From Pontiella sp. (GTDB lineage Bacteria > Verrucomicrobiota > Kiritimatiellia > Kiritimatiellales > Pontiellaceae), in assembly GCA_050290185.1 (NCBI GenBank), contig JBNKHE010000008.1, forward strand, positions 1 through 64,000: a stretch of 64,000 bases of DNA, in the 5' to 3' direction. Shown here piece after piece: positions 11,001 to 19,576 of this stretch. The notes beneath the pieces are model-generated. The model was not told the origin of the DNA, did no database searches, and was given only the letters and a program-made list of their open reading frames with translations. The translations under genes were made by a program, and so were the position numbers. The stretch's first letter is position 1. Each line of letters opens with the position of its first letter.

Positions 11001-12521
11001 ATCCATGTTGCCGAAGGAAACCTGCAAGTCGGTAACGGAGGCGCTTCCGGAAGCATTGGCTCGGTTCCCGTTACCCTGGCAACGAATACAACGCTGGTGC
11101 TCGACCGCTCGGACACGGTTGACTTCGAATCGGCCGTTGCCGGCGATGGCGTCTTCCGCAAGCGCGGTGGCGGTCCGATGAATCTGCTCTCCTCCATGGA
11201 TGCCAAAAGGCTCGTGGTCGAAGGCGGTTCGGTTCAGATTGCCTCTGCCCCGAAACAGATTCTGGCCCATCGCTGGAGCTTCAACAACAGCCTGGCCGAT
11301 TCTGTTGGCGGGGTCTCGGCCCAGCAGATCGATGTGGGTGCAAACAACACCACCCTGACCGCAAATTATATTGAGCTGGCCGGCGGAATCAAAAGCTCTT
11401 CCGACTACGTTCAGCTGGGTTCCGGTCTGCTTCCCAAGGATGGCACGCCGGTGACCATTGAGTTATGGGCCACTCAGACTGCCGTACAGCAATGGTCGCG
11501 CATTTTCGATGTAGGCAGTTCCACTGCGGATAACCTGTTCATGAGCTGGGATCGGGGTGGCAACATCTCGCAGGACCGTGTCGAGTGGAAGGATGCCTCC
11601 GCTGCCACGGCGGACGACACCTGTGCTCCCTACAGCCTGGGCACCGAATACCACATCGTTATGGTCATCGAACCGGGGGCCGGGGCCGGCGGCACTACCC
11701 GGGTGACATGGTATGCCGCTCCGTCCGCAACGGCCTCGCTTGGAGCGGCAAAGGATTCGTTTGAGACCGCCAATACATTGGCCGATCTGAACGATGTCAA
11801 TTTTTGGCTGGGGCGCTCTGAATACAATGACAGTACCGCTTCCGCCCGTTACAACGAGGTTCGCCTTTGGGGCTATGCCCTCGGCTCCTCGACACTGGAA
11901 CAGCTGCATGATCTGGGGCCGGATGATCTCGGTGGATTGGACAGCATCACCCTGACGGGTTCGCTGTCTTCTAATACCGAACTGGATGTGCGGGCCGGCG
12001 CGAGCTTCGATCTGTCAGGAACCTCTCTCCAGATATCATCCCTGTCCGGCTCTTCGAATGCGGTGTTGAACCTGGGTTCGGGTGGAAGTCTCGTGATTGG
12101 CTCCGGCGGAGATCCTGCAGCCGTGTTCGGCGGAACCGTGGGCGGAAGCGGCAGTGTCGAAGTCGATGGCACCCTCCGGTTGGTGGGCGACGCCTCGCTG
12201 CCGGCGGGCATTGCGCTGGTGAACAACGGATTGCTTGACATCATGACCTGGAGCGGGACGCTTCCCGTTGGATTCGTGAATAACGGCACGATCATCGATC
12301 GTAGCATGGTTCAGTGCGGCATGAATATGGCGACCTTCACGAATGTGGTGCTGCAGGCTCCCGGATATGAGGGCCACAACTATCAATTCCAGACGACCAC
12401 CAATCTGGGCGGGGCCTGGAGTAACCTCGGTCCAAGCCAGGCGGGCAGTGGAGTTGATATTACCCATGAGGTCCCTTTGGACAGCGATACCACCTTTTTC
12501 AGGCTGCAGGTTCAGCCATGA
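8007..12521 (+). CDS. large secreted GH127/GH146 with autotransporter-associated beta-strand repeats, LamG-like domain and PVC-type C-terminal domain
   Basis: signal peptide; GHMAGHYLSA, EWGGMNE, HANTHVP, ETCNTYNMLK, CWCC; KHGANTLSV/KRGGGPMNL repeats; HRWSFNNSL...WSRIFDVG...YNEVRLW LamG pattern. Confidence 0.85.
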   Translation: MKSRIIHTGILVVVALSLTTTTQAALSVSNGDFESNPSQSTDVNGWFDTISASPANWWEATWAGPNNSPNGGSVLGLSYMNSTLNWAYQSIGINDTAVTNLSIQYDVGSFTDAGGARDIGLTFSVYESDGSFVGADDSDIDGAAGATLIDSITVYSGALSAGQMISNQSVMLDLSSAGTNSELFLRIQNEVGSTGEPWGAVDNLSFNTGTNTSPPVTTNTTPFTNVLVEAESFGLDRVRLLDSRFKDMQELHRTGYLAWVDPDRLLSPFRYNAGLSTLGASDLGGWENSTNGFTRGHMAGHYLSAASKMYASTGDTNYLPKVQYLVAELKKCQDALRVSEESSGRPYGYLSAFPSSWFDGLETNPHGWNNVPFYTIHKIIAGLIDAYKYCGNDQALDSAIDMSDYHSWRVSRLTDSQIEEMFRTDNGNSEEWGGMNESLTELYLLSNARGDTNATRHLDFAKVFDRDWFINPLESNTDQLNGLHANTHVPQVVGFAHLASVLSTNDTERARLYTAAGNFWNMVVSDHSFVLGGNSYAEHFSTPGKETGTGGSALSWNTAETCNTYNMLKLTGELMQHNPSAAYADYYERALYNHILASISPETGMATYFVSMEPGHFKTYGLPEGSCWCCTGSGLENPAQYGQYIYQHRDDTLWVNLFIPSTLDWSEQGIQLQMDTSFPNSDQIQLSLGCASPVHASIRLRIPDWIASSATVQVNGAVQSVAASAGSYTELDRTWNDGDIITLTLPMNLRLDRSMDDATQISMFYGPVLLAGDLGTNNLPGNFQETKDQWDFENVSDVAAPSLMASDAENLSSWVHSTSTSLVFTVDTALAGAASRGTVLLKPFYDTHHTRYTVYWNLIAPAAFSSWNGGVSRAWSESGNWDAVPSTDYGLRFAASAGGTLQNDYASGTAFNGLDFPAGGGAYTLNGNAVDLFGDIVNDSSQTQAINLPLALQDGLSWYFDANGADIELGGTLSGSGVIVKHGANTLSVLSNAAFNGSIHVAEGNLQVGNGGASGSIGSVPVTLATNTTLVLDRSDTVDFESAVAGDGVFRKRGGGPMNLLSSMDAKRLVVEGGSVQIASAPKQILAHRWSFNNSLADSVGGVSAQQIDVGANNTTLTANYIELAGGIKSSSDYVQLGSGLLPKDGTPVTIELWATQTAVQQWSRIFDVGSSTADNLFMSWDRGGNISQDRVEWKDASAATADDTCAPYSLGTEYHIVMVIEPGAGAGGTTRVTWYAAPSATASLGAAKDSFETANTLADLNDVNFWLGRSEYNDSTASARYNEVRLWGYALGSSTLEQLHDLGPDDLGGLDSITLTGSLSSNTELDVRAGASFDLSGTSLQISSLSGSSNAVLNLGSGGSLVIGSGGDPAAVFGGTVGGSGSVEVDGTLRLVGDASLPAGIALVNNGLLDIMTWSGTLPVGFVNNGTIIDRSMVQCGMNMATFTNVVLQAPGYEGHNYQFQTTTNLGGAWSNLGPSQAGSGVDITHEVPLDSDTTFFRLQVQP

Positions 12522-12826
12522 TGGGGTGCGGGTAGATCCGCCCGGTCAATATTGCGTTTCAAACACGAATAAGGGTTGTTTATGAGATGGAGGCGCGCTG
12601 TCCCTCCATGAAAAAAGTTCATGTCGCATCTGCGTGGAGTATTGGAAAGTTTACTCCGCTGGCGGTTAAGTATTCCCCGAAAATAGGATATGAACTTTTT
12701 ATTTATCATCACAGCCATGCTGTGAATAAGGGCATCTCCATCGCAATCCAAATTTGTGGTCGTAAAATCCCGTGTGATCAGCGAGCATCCATACTGCTCG
12801 TATCTTTGGAATGAGGAAGGATCCAC

Positions 12827-15361
12827 ATGACAGTTAGAAAAGTAGTCCTTTGGTTTGTTGCCATGTTTTCGGTTGCAGGTGTTGCCCTTGCGGAGCTGAA
12901 ACCGATTGATCCCGGAGCGTTTGACCGACCGGTTCGCGTCGCCTGCGTGGGCGATAGCATCACTTATGGAATGGGCACCCGGGGCGGGATGTCATACCCA
13001 TCCCAGCTTCAGGGTCTGCTTGGCTCCGAATGGATGGTCGGCAATTTTGGCGTGAGCGGTCGCACCCTGCTGCGCAAGGGGGACAAACCGTGGTGGAACG
13101 AGCCGGCATATAAAAACGCACAGGACTTCGAACCTGATGTTGTCATCATCATGCTGGGCACCAACGACACCAAACCCGAAAACTGGAAGTATATCGCCGA
13201 CTTCTCTCGCGACTACATCGATCTGGTCGATGTCTTTGCCAAGTTGTCGACCAAGCCGGTAATCTATGTCTGCCGGCCCTGCCCGGTTCCTGAGCCGGGC
13301 CACTGGGGCATCAACGAAGCCAATATCCAGGTTGAAATTCCACTGGTGGACAAGCTGGCGAAGAAAAAGGGGCTCGGCGTAATCGATATGCATGCAGCGC
13401 TGATCGATCATCCGGAACTGCTGCCGGACCGGGTCCATCCCAACAACGCCGGCGCGTTGCTTATGGCGAAGGCTGCCTACACCGCCTTGACTGGAAAGGC
13501 GGTTCCTCCGCGGGTGAACAGCTACTTTGCCGATCACATGGTACTCCAGCGCAATCGGGAGGTTCCGTTGTGGGGACCGGCCTCCGAGGGTGAAACCATC
13601 ACCGTCAAGTTTGCCGGCCAGACGCTTTCAACCGTGGCCAAGGGCGGAACGTGGTCCATTGCGCTGCAGCCGATGAAGGCCAATGCCGAACCGCAGACCA
13701 TGACCATCACGAATGGCGGGGGGGGAGTTCGTACGATCCGCGATGTGCTGGTGGGCGATGTGTGGGTGGCCAGCGGGCAGTCCAACATGGAGCGCGAGTT
13801 GGGGCCGCGCGGAGGGCAGAAGGACATCGTGGGATGGAAGGAAGCCGTGGCATTGGCCAACTATCCCTTGATCCGCCAGTACCAGATTCCCAGGAACACC
13901 TCCACGAAACCGCTGGACGATGGCCATGGATCCTGGTTGGTCTGCTCTCCGGAAACTGCGGCCGAATTCTGTGGAGTGGGATATTTTTTCATTCGAGACG
14001 TCTATGAATCGCAGCATATTCCGATGGCCATGATACATACCTCCTGGGGCGGCACGCCGGCCGAGGCTTGGACCAGTCTGGAAAAAGTGAAAACCGTACC
14101 GTCGTATGCCGACCTCGCGGAAACCGTGGAAAAACTGACCGTCGATCCGTCCATCCTAAAAGATATGCGGGAAATCTGGTTTGACGAGCACGATGCCGGC
14201 TCCGCCCGGCAATGGTGGACCGAAGAGACTACAACGAGTGGATGGAACGAGGTTGAAGTTCCGGCCTTCTTCGAAGCAATGGGTATTCATAACTTTGACG
14301 GCGTGGTCTGGTTCCGCAAGACGGTCGATCTGCCAGAGAGCGTGGCGGGTAAACCCGCTACGCTACACGTGGGCCAGATTGACGATAACGACAGGACCTG
14401 GGTAAACGGGCAGATGGTCGGCGAAACCGACGGCTGGACGAAAAAACGGTCGTATGCCGTTCCGGAAGGGGTGCTGCAGGCAGGACGAAACGTGATCGCC
14501 ATCCGCGTACTCGATACCGGGAGCAAAGGCGGTTGGGCTTCCGGTCCCGAAGAGATGCAACTGGTGTTCGGGGAGGGCACGGAAACCGTTTCCCTATCCG
14601 GCACGTGGCAGGAACAGGTTGGTGCGAAGCTGACGCGGGGTGCTGAATTTTATGTTCGGGGACGCCTGAACCAAAACAGTCCATCGACGCTCTTCAACGC
14701 CATGATCAACCCGTTACTACCATTGCCGATCAAGGGCGTTATCTGGTATCAGGGTGAATCCAACAACGACCGTGCGGATGACTACGAGGATCTATTTGCG
14801 GCCATGGTCGAGGACTGGCGCGCACGCTGGAATGGCGGCGGCAATTTTCCATTTCTCTTTGTCCAGATTGCGCCGCATCAGGGAATGACTCCGGAGCTGC
14901 GCGAATCGCAACGGCTTGTCCTTGAGCGGGAGCCCAACATGGCCATGGTCGTTACGGTTGATGTCGGCGATGCCACCGATATCCATCCGGCCCGCAAGGC
15001 GCCGGTCGGCCATCGTCTGGCCCTTGCCGCCCGTGCGCTGGCCTATGGCGAAGCGGTCGAATATTCCGGTCCACTCTATAAGTCGGTGACGCTGGACGAC
15101 GGTAGCCTGATCATCGACTTTACTCATGTGGGCAGTGGTTTGATGGCTAAAGATGGTGAGCTGAAGGGATTCGAGATGGCGGGACCCGATGGAACCTTCG
15201 TTCCAGCGAGGGCGAAAATCGATGGCGACCTCGTCGTGGTCTCAAGCGATCAGGTAACGGCTTCTGTCTCGGTCCGCTACGGCTGGTCCAATGTGCCCGA
15301 TATCAATCTCTTCAATAAGGCGGGATTGCCTGCCTCGCCGTTCAAGGCATACATCCAATAA
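12827..15361 (+). CDS. secreted double esterase: GDSL/SGNH domain plus sialate O-acetylesterase (SASA) domain with a sugar-binding insert
   Basis: GDSITYG, MLGTND, DRVHPN; then ASGQSNM, WYQGESN, DIHP, N..GLPASPF. Confidence 0.88.
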   Translation: MTVRKVVLWFVAMFSVAGVALAELKPIDPGAFDRPVRVACVGDSITYGMGTRGGMSYPSQLQGLLGSEWMVGNFGVSGRTLLRKGDKPWWNEPAYKNAQDFEPDVVIIMLGTNDTKPENWKYIADFSRDYIDLVDVFAKLSTKPVIYVCRPCPVPEPGHWGINEANIQVEIPLVDKLAKKKGLGVIDMHAALIDHPELLPDRVHPNNAGALLMAKAAYTALTGKAVPPRVNSYFADHMVLQRNREVPLWGPASEGETITVKFAGQTLSTVAKGGTWSIALQPMKANAEPQTMTITNGGGGVRTIRDVLVGDVWVASGQSNMERELGPRGGQKDIVGWKEAVALANYPLIRQYQIPRNTSTKPLDDGHGSWLVCSPETAAEFCGVGYFFIRDVYESQHIPMAMIHTSWGGTPAEAWTSLEKVKTVPSYADLAETVEKLTVDPSILKDMREIWFDEHDAGSARQWWTEETTTSGWNEVEVPAFFEAMGIHNFDGVVWFRKTVDLPESVAGKPATLHVGQIDDNDRTWVNGQMVGETDGWTKKRSYAVPEGVLQAGRNVIAIRVLDTGSKGGWASGPEEMQLVFGEGTETVSLSGTWQEQVGAKLTRGAEFYVRGRLNQNSPSTLFNAMINPLLPLPIKGVIWYQGESNNDRADDYEDLFAAMVEDWRARWNGGGNFPFLFVQIAPHQGMTPELRESQRLVLEREPNMAMVVTVDVGDATDIHPARKAPVGHRLALAARALAYGEAVEYSGPLYKSVTLDDGSLIIDFTHVGSGLMAKDGELKGFEMAGPDGTFVPARAKIDGDLVVVSSDQVTASVSVRYGWSNVPDINLFNKAGLPASPFKAYIQ

Positions 15362-15362
15362 T

Positions 15363-15391
15363 AAAAAAGGCCGCCACGTGGCGGCCTTTTT
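15363..15391. terminator. bidirectional intrinsic terminator
   Basis: AAAAAAGGCCGCCACGTGGCGGCCTTTTT palindrome between convergent genes. Confidence 0.88.
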
Positions 15392-15409
15392 CGTCAACGA
15401 AACATGCCT

Positions 15410-15751
15410 TTAACCGATGGCGTCGGTGCCGGTTTCGTCGGTGCGGATGCGGATGCATTGCTCCAGCGGCATGACGAAGATCTTGCCGTCGCCGATGGTA
15501 TCAGACTTAGCCGCCTTGACGATGGCGTGGACGGTGGCATCGACATACTCGTCGTTTACCGCGACCTCGAACCGCACCTTTTCGAGCAGGTTCACCGAAT
15601 GGACCTGTCCGCGATAGTGTTCCGTATAGCCCATTTGCGTTCCGCAGCCGCGTACACGGCTAACGGTCATCTTGTGAACTTCGGCATGGAAGAGGGCTTC
15701 TTTCACGGCGTCGAGTTTTTCAGGCTGTACTACAGCGATAATCATTTTCAT
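15410..15751 (-). CDS. glnK: P-II nitrogen regulatory protein
   Basis: YRG T-loop, IGDGKIFV, IRIRT; directly downstream of amt. Confidence 0.93.
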   Translation of the reverse strand: MKMIIAVVQPEKLDAVKEALFHAEVHKMTVSRVRGCGTQMGYTEHYRGQVHSVNLLEKVRFEVAVNDEYVDATVHAIVKAAKSDTIGDGKIFVMPLEQCIRIRTDETGTDAIG

Positions 15752-15772
15752 AACAAAAGTTCCTTTTGTTTC

Positions 15773-15863
15773 AGTGTTAAGTGGTTAGGTGTTAAGTTTT
15801 AAGTTGTTACATGATCGGGCATTACCGATGTCTCTTAACACTTAAAACCTAACACTTAAAACT
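15773..15863. repeat. stem-loop built from inverted heptamer repeats (copy 1)
   Basis: AGTGTTAAGTGGTTAGGTGTTAAGTTTTAAG ... CTTAACACTTAAAACCTAACACTTAAAACT between amt and glnK. Confidence 0.8.
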
Positions 15864-15868
15864 CATCC

Positions 15869-17158
15869 TTACATCGCCTCTTCGGGATTGGCTTCGATGG
15901 AGTGCACGCTGAGGTCGGAACCGCGCATTTCCTCATGCTGGTCGAGGCGGATCCCCACGGTCAGTTTGAGTGTGCCATAAACCAGTGTGCTGGCAACGAG
16001 GCAGATCACGATAATCACGGCGGTCACGATCAGCTGCGAAAAGAAGGAAACGCCGCCCACGCCACCAAGCGCCTGTTGGCCGAAGATGCCAGCGGCAATG
16101 CCGCCCCAGGCCCCGCAGATGCCGTGCAACGGCCAAACGCCGAGCACATCGTCGATCTGCCACTTTTCGGTTTCGACTTCGAACATGAAGACAAAGATGC
16201 CGCCGGCAATGGCGCCGACCACGAGCGCACTCATGGGGTGGTAGAGATCGGATCCGGCACAAACCGCAACCAGACCCGCCAGTGCGCCATTGTGTACGAA
16301 ACCGGCGTCGTTCTTGGAGATAAACATCGCGGCAACGGTGCCGCCGACCATGGCCATCAGTGAATTGATTGCCACCAGCCCGGAGATGCCACTGATTTCA
16401 CCGGCACTCATGACGTTGAAGCCAAACCAGCCAACGATCAGGATCCAGCTGCCAAGGGCCAGGAAGGGAATGGAGCTAACCTTGATCGACTGGGATTCGT
16501 AACGCTTCAAGCGCGCGCCCAGCAGGAGAATGGCGGGCAGAGCCAGCCAGCCGCCGACGGCATGGACCACCGCCGAGCCTGCAAAATCGTGAAACGGGAA
16601 ACCAAAGGTGTTGGCTAGCCAACCATCGCTAGCGCCGAGGCAATGGCTGAATTTACCCCAGGTCATGCCTTCGATCAGCGGATAGACCAAACCAACAAAA
16701 ATCGCGCCGGCAATGGAGTTGGTCCAGAACTTGGCGCGTTCCGCCACACCGCCTGAAATAATGGCGGGAATACAGGCGGCGAAGCCAAGGAAGAAGAAAA
16801 ACTTTACATATTCAACGCCGTTGTCGCCCGCCATTTCCGATACGGGAACCAAAAAGGAAACGCCGCGGGCGATCGGATAGCCGATCAAAAAGTAAATGAT
16901 GGTGGAAAAACCCCACTCGCAGATGATCTTGTTGAGCGCGTTCACCTGATTCTTGCGGCGCACCGATCCGACTTCCAGAAATGCAAAGCCTCCATGCATA
17001 GCCAGAATCATTACCGCTCCCATCAATAGGAACAGGGTGTTTGATGAACTCGTTAGATTTTCCGCGGGACTGGTTTCGCCCGAAGCCATCGCCGTTCCGG
17101 ACAGGCACAAGCCTGCCAGGAAAGTGACCGTTGCGGCCACCTTCTTGTATTTTAGCAT
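15869..17158 (-). CDS. amt: ammonium transporter (Amt family)
   Basis: GFAFLEVG, DFAGSAVVH, GWFGFN, DDVLGVWPLHG (both pore His present). Confidence 0.95.
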   Translation of the reverse strand: MLKYKKVAATVTFLAGLCLSGTAMASGETSPAENLTSSSNTLFLLMGAVMILAMHGGFAFLEVGSVRRKNQVNALNKIICEWGFSTIIYFLIGYPIARGVSFLVPVSEMAGDNGVEYVKFFFFLGFAACIPAIISGGVAERAKFWTNSIAGAIFVGLVYPLIEGMTWGKFSHCLGASDGWLANTFGFPFHDFAGSAVVHAVGGWLALPAILLLGARLKRYESQSIKVSSIPFLALGSWILIVGWFGFNVMSAGEISGISGLVAINSLMAMVGGTVAAMFISKNDAGFVHNGALAGLVAVCAGSDLYHPMSALVVGAIAGGIFVFMFEVETEKWQIDDVLGVWPLHGICGAWGGIAAGIFGQQALGGVGGVSFFSQLIVTAVIIVICLVASTLVYGTLKLTVGIRLDQHEEMRGSDLSVHSIEANPEEAM

Positions 17159-17252
17159 CCTCTATCTCCTGTTTGTTGCATCCTCTAACCGCAGCCGAAC
17201 GGTCTTCTAACCGTAAAAAGCAGCGATTATACAAAACTAGACGTCTATGGCC

Positions 17253-17268
17253 TGCAGGAGATGTGCCA
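17253..17268 (-). promoter_or_regulatory. sigma54 (-24/-12) promoter
   Basis: minus strand TGGCACATCTCCTGCA = GG-N10-GC, about 95 nt upstream of amt. Confidence 0.8.
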
Positions 17269-17417
17269 TAAATATATAGTACACAATAAGTAATGTATTA
17301 TAAATTCTTTGAGATAAGTGGCTTAAGAGGATATTGAAGAACAATAATGTATATTTTGGGCGCGACGTATATTACAAAATAGTAATTAAAATGGCCAATA
17401 TAATTCATATATGTAAT

Positions 17418-17447
17418 AAAAAAGGGCCGCTTTGAAGCGGCCCTTTT
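17418..17447 (-). terminator. intrinsic terminator after the second PII gene
   Basis: AAAAAAGGGCCGCTTTGAAGCGGCCCTTTT hairpin with U-tract on the minus strand. Confidence 0.85.
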
Positions 17448-17466
17448 GGTTTGAATGCAGGCGGGC

Positions 17467-17811
17467 TTAAATTGCTTCGCCGCCGCGTTCCTTGTTGCTG
17501 ATGCGGATGCACTCTTCCAGCGGAGTGATGAAGATCTTTCCATCACCCACCTTGCCGTTTTCGCCATGGCGGGCGGACTTAAGGATGGCATCGACCGTGA
17601 TATCGACAAATTTCTCGTTGACGGCGATCTTCAGCTCAACCTTTGGTATGAGGTTGGGCACTACGACCTGTCCACGGTAGATTTCGGTACCTTCCTGACG
17701 CCCGTGGCCATCCACGCGGATAACGGTGATGCGGGTGATTTCGGCGGCGACGAGCGCTTCGCGCACCTCGTCGAGTTTGTCTTCCTGAATAATGGCTGTG
17801 ATCAATTTCAT
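17467..17811 (-). CDS. glnK: P-II nitrogen regulatory protein
   Basis: GHGRQ, IYRGQ, GKVGDGKIFI; downstream of amtB. Confidence 0.93.
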   Translation of the reverse strand: MKLITAIIQEDKLDEVREALVAAEITRITVIRVDGHGRQEGTEIYRGQVVVPNLIPKVELKIAVNEKFVDITVDAILKSARHGENGKVGDGKIFITPLEECIRISNKERGGEAI

Positions 17812-17832
17812 GATGAAAGTTCCTTTTGTAAC

Positions 17833-17910
17833 AGTGTTAGGCTTTAAGTGGTTAGGTGTTAAGTTTTCTGGAACAGGGTGCTTAACACCTAAACCTTAAT
17901 ACTTAAAACT
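17833..17910. repeat. stem-loop built from inverted heptamer repeats (copy 2)
   Basis: AGTGTTAGGCTTTAAGTGGTTAGGTGTTAAG ... CTTAACACCTAAACCTTAATACTTAAAACT between amtB and glnK. Confidence 0.8.
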
Positions 17911-17913
17911 CCC

Positions 17914-19218
17914 TTACGAGTTCAGGTTCAACATTCCATAGCCACGCTCGGAGTGGAGGCTGTGGTCCATGCCGGCTTTTTCAGCGTCTTCGCTGAGGCG
18001 GAACCCGAACAGCTTGTCGACAATGACAACCAGAATAAGGGTTACGACCGTTGAGTAGATGACGCTCGTCAGGCAACCCTCAACCTGTACCCAAAGCTGG
18101 TGGAGCACACTGCATTCGATGGTTCCAGGTCGTAGTACGAAGGTCAGGGCGATGGCGCCAAACAGGCCCGCCATGCCATGGATTCCAAATACGTCGAGGG
18201 TATCGTCGTAGCCGAGCTTGTTCTTCATTTCGATCGCCAGATAGCAGACGATCGAGGCCACGAGTCCAAGGATCAATGCTCCCCAGGGCTGCACGGCCCC
18301 GGCTGCAGGCGTAATCGCCACCAGCCCGGCCAATACACCGGAAACGAAACCAAGGGCGGTAACCTTCTTGTGAAGGATCGCTTCAAGGAGCATCCATGAA
18401 AGCGCCCCGGCTGCGGCGGCAACCTGAGTAACGGTGAGGGCTTGCGCGGTAACGAGGCCGCTATCGATGGACGAGCCGGCATTGAAGCCGAACCAACCCA
18501 CCCAGAGGAGGCCGGCACCCATGAGAGTCATCACGAGGTTGTTCGGATGCATGGCGATTTTGGGATAACCGCGGCGGGCGCCCAGATATAGTGCGCAAAC
18601 GAGAGCGGCCACGCCTGAGGAAATGTGAATCACGGTGCCGCCGGCAAAGTCGATGGCGCCCCGCTGGAACAGGAAGCCGTCCGAGGCCCAGACCCAGTGG
18701 CAAAGGGGGTTGTAGACCAGCAGGCTCCACAGCGCGATAAAGATTAAGTAACCACGGAACTTAACGCGTTCCGCAAACCCGCCGGCGATCAGGGCCGGGG
18801 TGATCATGGCGAACTTACCCTGGAACATGGCGAATACATATTCGGGGATGCCGGCGTCCATGATGTTGGTGTCGATTCCCTTAAGCAGGAAATAATCGGA
18901 GCTCCATCCGAACCATCCGCCCAGCACGTTGGGGCCGAAGCACATGGCATAGCCGCACACCATCCAAAGCACACCTACAACTGCCATGGCAGCAAAGCTG
19001 TGCATCATGGTGCCCAGCACGTTCTTGGTGCGGACGAGGCCGCCATAGAACATGGCCAGGCCCGGGATCATGAGTAGAACCAGGGCGGTGGAGGTTAACA
19101 TCCAGGCCGTCGTGCCGGTATCGACTTCGGGGGATCCATCTCCTGCGAATGCTGTGCCTGATAAACACAGCAAAACAACAAAGACAGCTATAAAGGCTGC
19201 CCATTTTGATTTAAGCAT
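17914..19218 (-). CDS. amtB: ammonium transporter AmtB
   Basis: PGLAMFYGGLVR, DFAGGTVIH, GWFGFNAGS, DDTLDVFGIHG. Confidence 0.96.
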   Translation of the reverse strand: MLKSKWAAFIAVFVVLLCLSGTAFAGDGSPEVDTGTTAWMLTSTALVLLMIPGLAMFYGGLVRTKNVLGTMMHSFAAMAVVGVLWMVCGYAMCFGPNVLGGWFGWSSDYFLLKGIDTNIMDAGIPEYVFAMFQGKFAMITPALIAGGFAERVKFRGYLIFIALWSLLVYNPLCHWVWASDGFLFQRGAIDFAGGTVIHISSGVAALVCALYLGARRGYPKIAMHPNNLVMTLMGAGLLWVGWFGFNAGSSIDSGLVTAQALTVTQVAAAAGALSWMLLEAILHKKVTALGFVSGVLAGLVAITPAAGAVQPWGALILGLVASIVCYLAIEMKNKLGYDDTLDVFGIHGMAGLFGAIALTFVLRPGTIECSVLHQLWVQVEGCLTSVIYSTVVTLILVVIVDKLFGFRLSEDAEKAGMDHSLHSERGYGMLNLNS

Positions 19219-19283
19219 CTCTCTCTCCTTTTGCTACATCCTCCGGCTCCACAGGGAACCAGCAAACAGTGAGCAAGCTCTTA

Positions 19284-19299
19284 CGCAGAAGTTGTGCCA
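19284..19299 (-). promoter_or_regulatory. sigma54 (-24/-12) promoter
   Basis: minus strand TGGCACAACTTCTGCG = GG-N10-GC, about 65 nt upstream of amtB. Confidence 0.8.
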
Positions 19300-19576
19300 C
19301 TTGGATGTGTGTATTTGTATAATGTTGTTAGTAAGGTGTTAAGGTAAATACAGGGTGGGTGGTTTAGTTCTGGTAAAACTAACAAATCCGACAGATGTGT
19401 CTCAATTAATACAATATTGTATTAACCATATCGTAGTCGGATCTTTTCTCAACATCCCTGTTGGTTACTGGAAAGATCCAGTCATGTCAGGCACCTATGG
19501 TTATATCGCGATGGAAGTCATGAGGGCATGCGCGGCGAGAAGCAAGGTGCAGGCCAGTAACTGCCGAAGGAGGAAT

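Noticed and set aside
15773..17910. Heptamer repeats as a CRISPR array
   Set aside because: They are short tandem units in inverted arrangement, with no repeat-spacer periodicity and no cas genes
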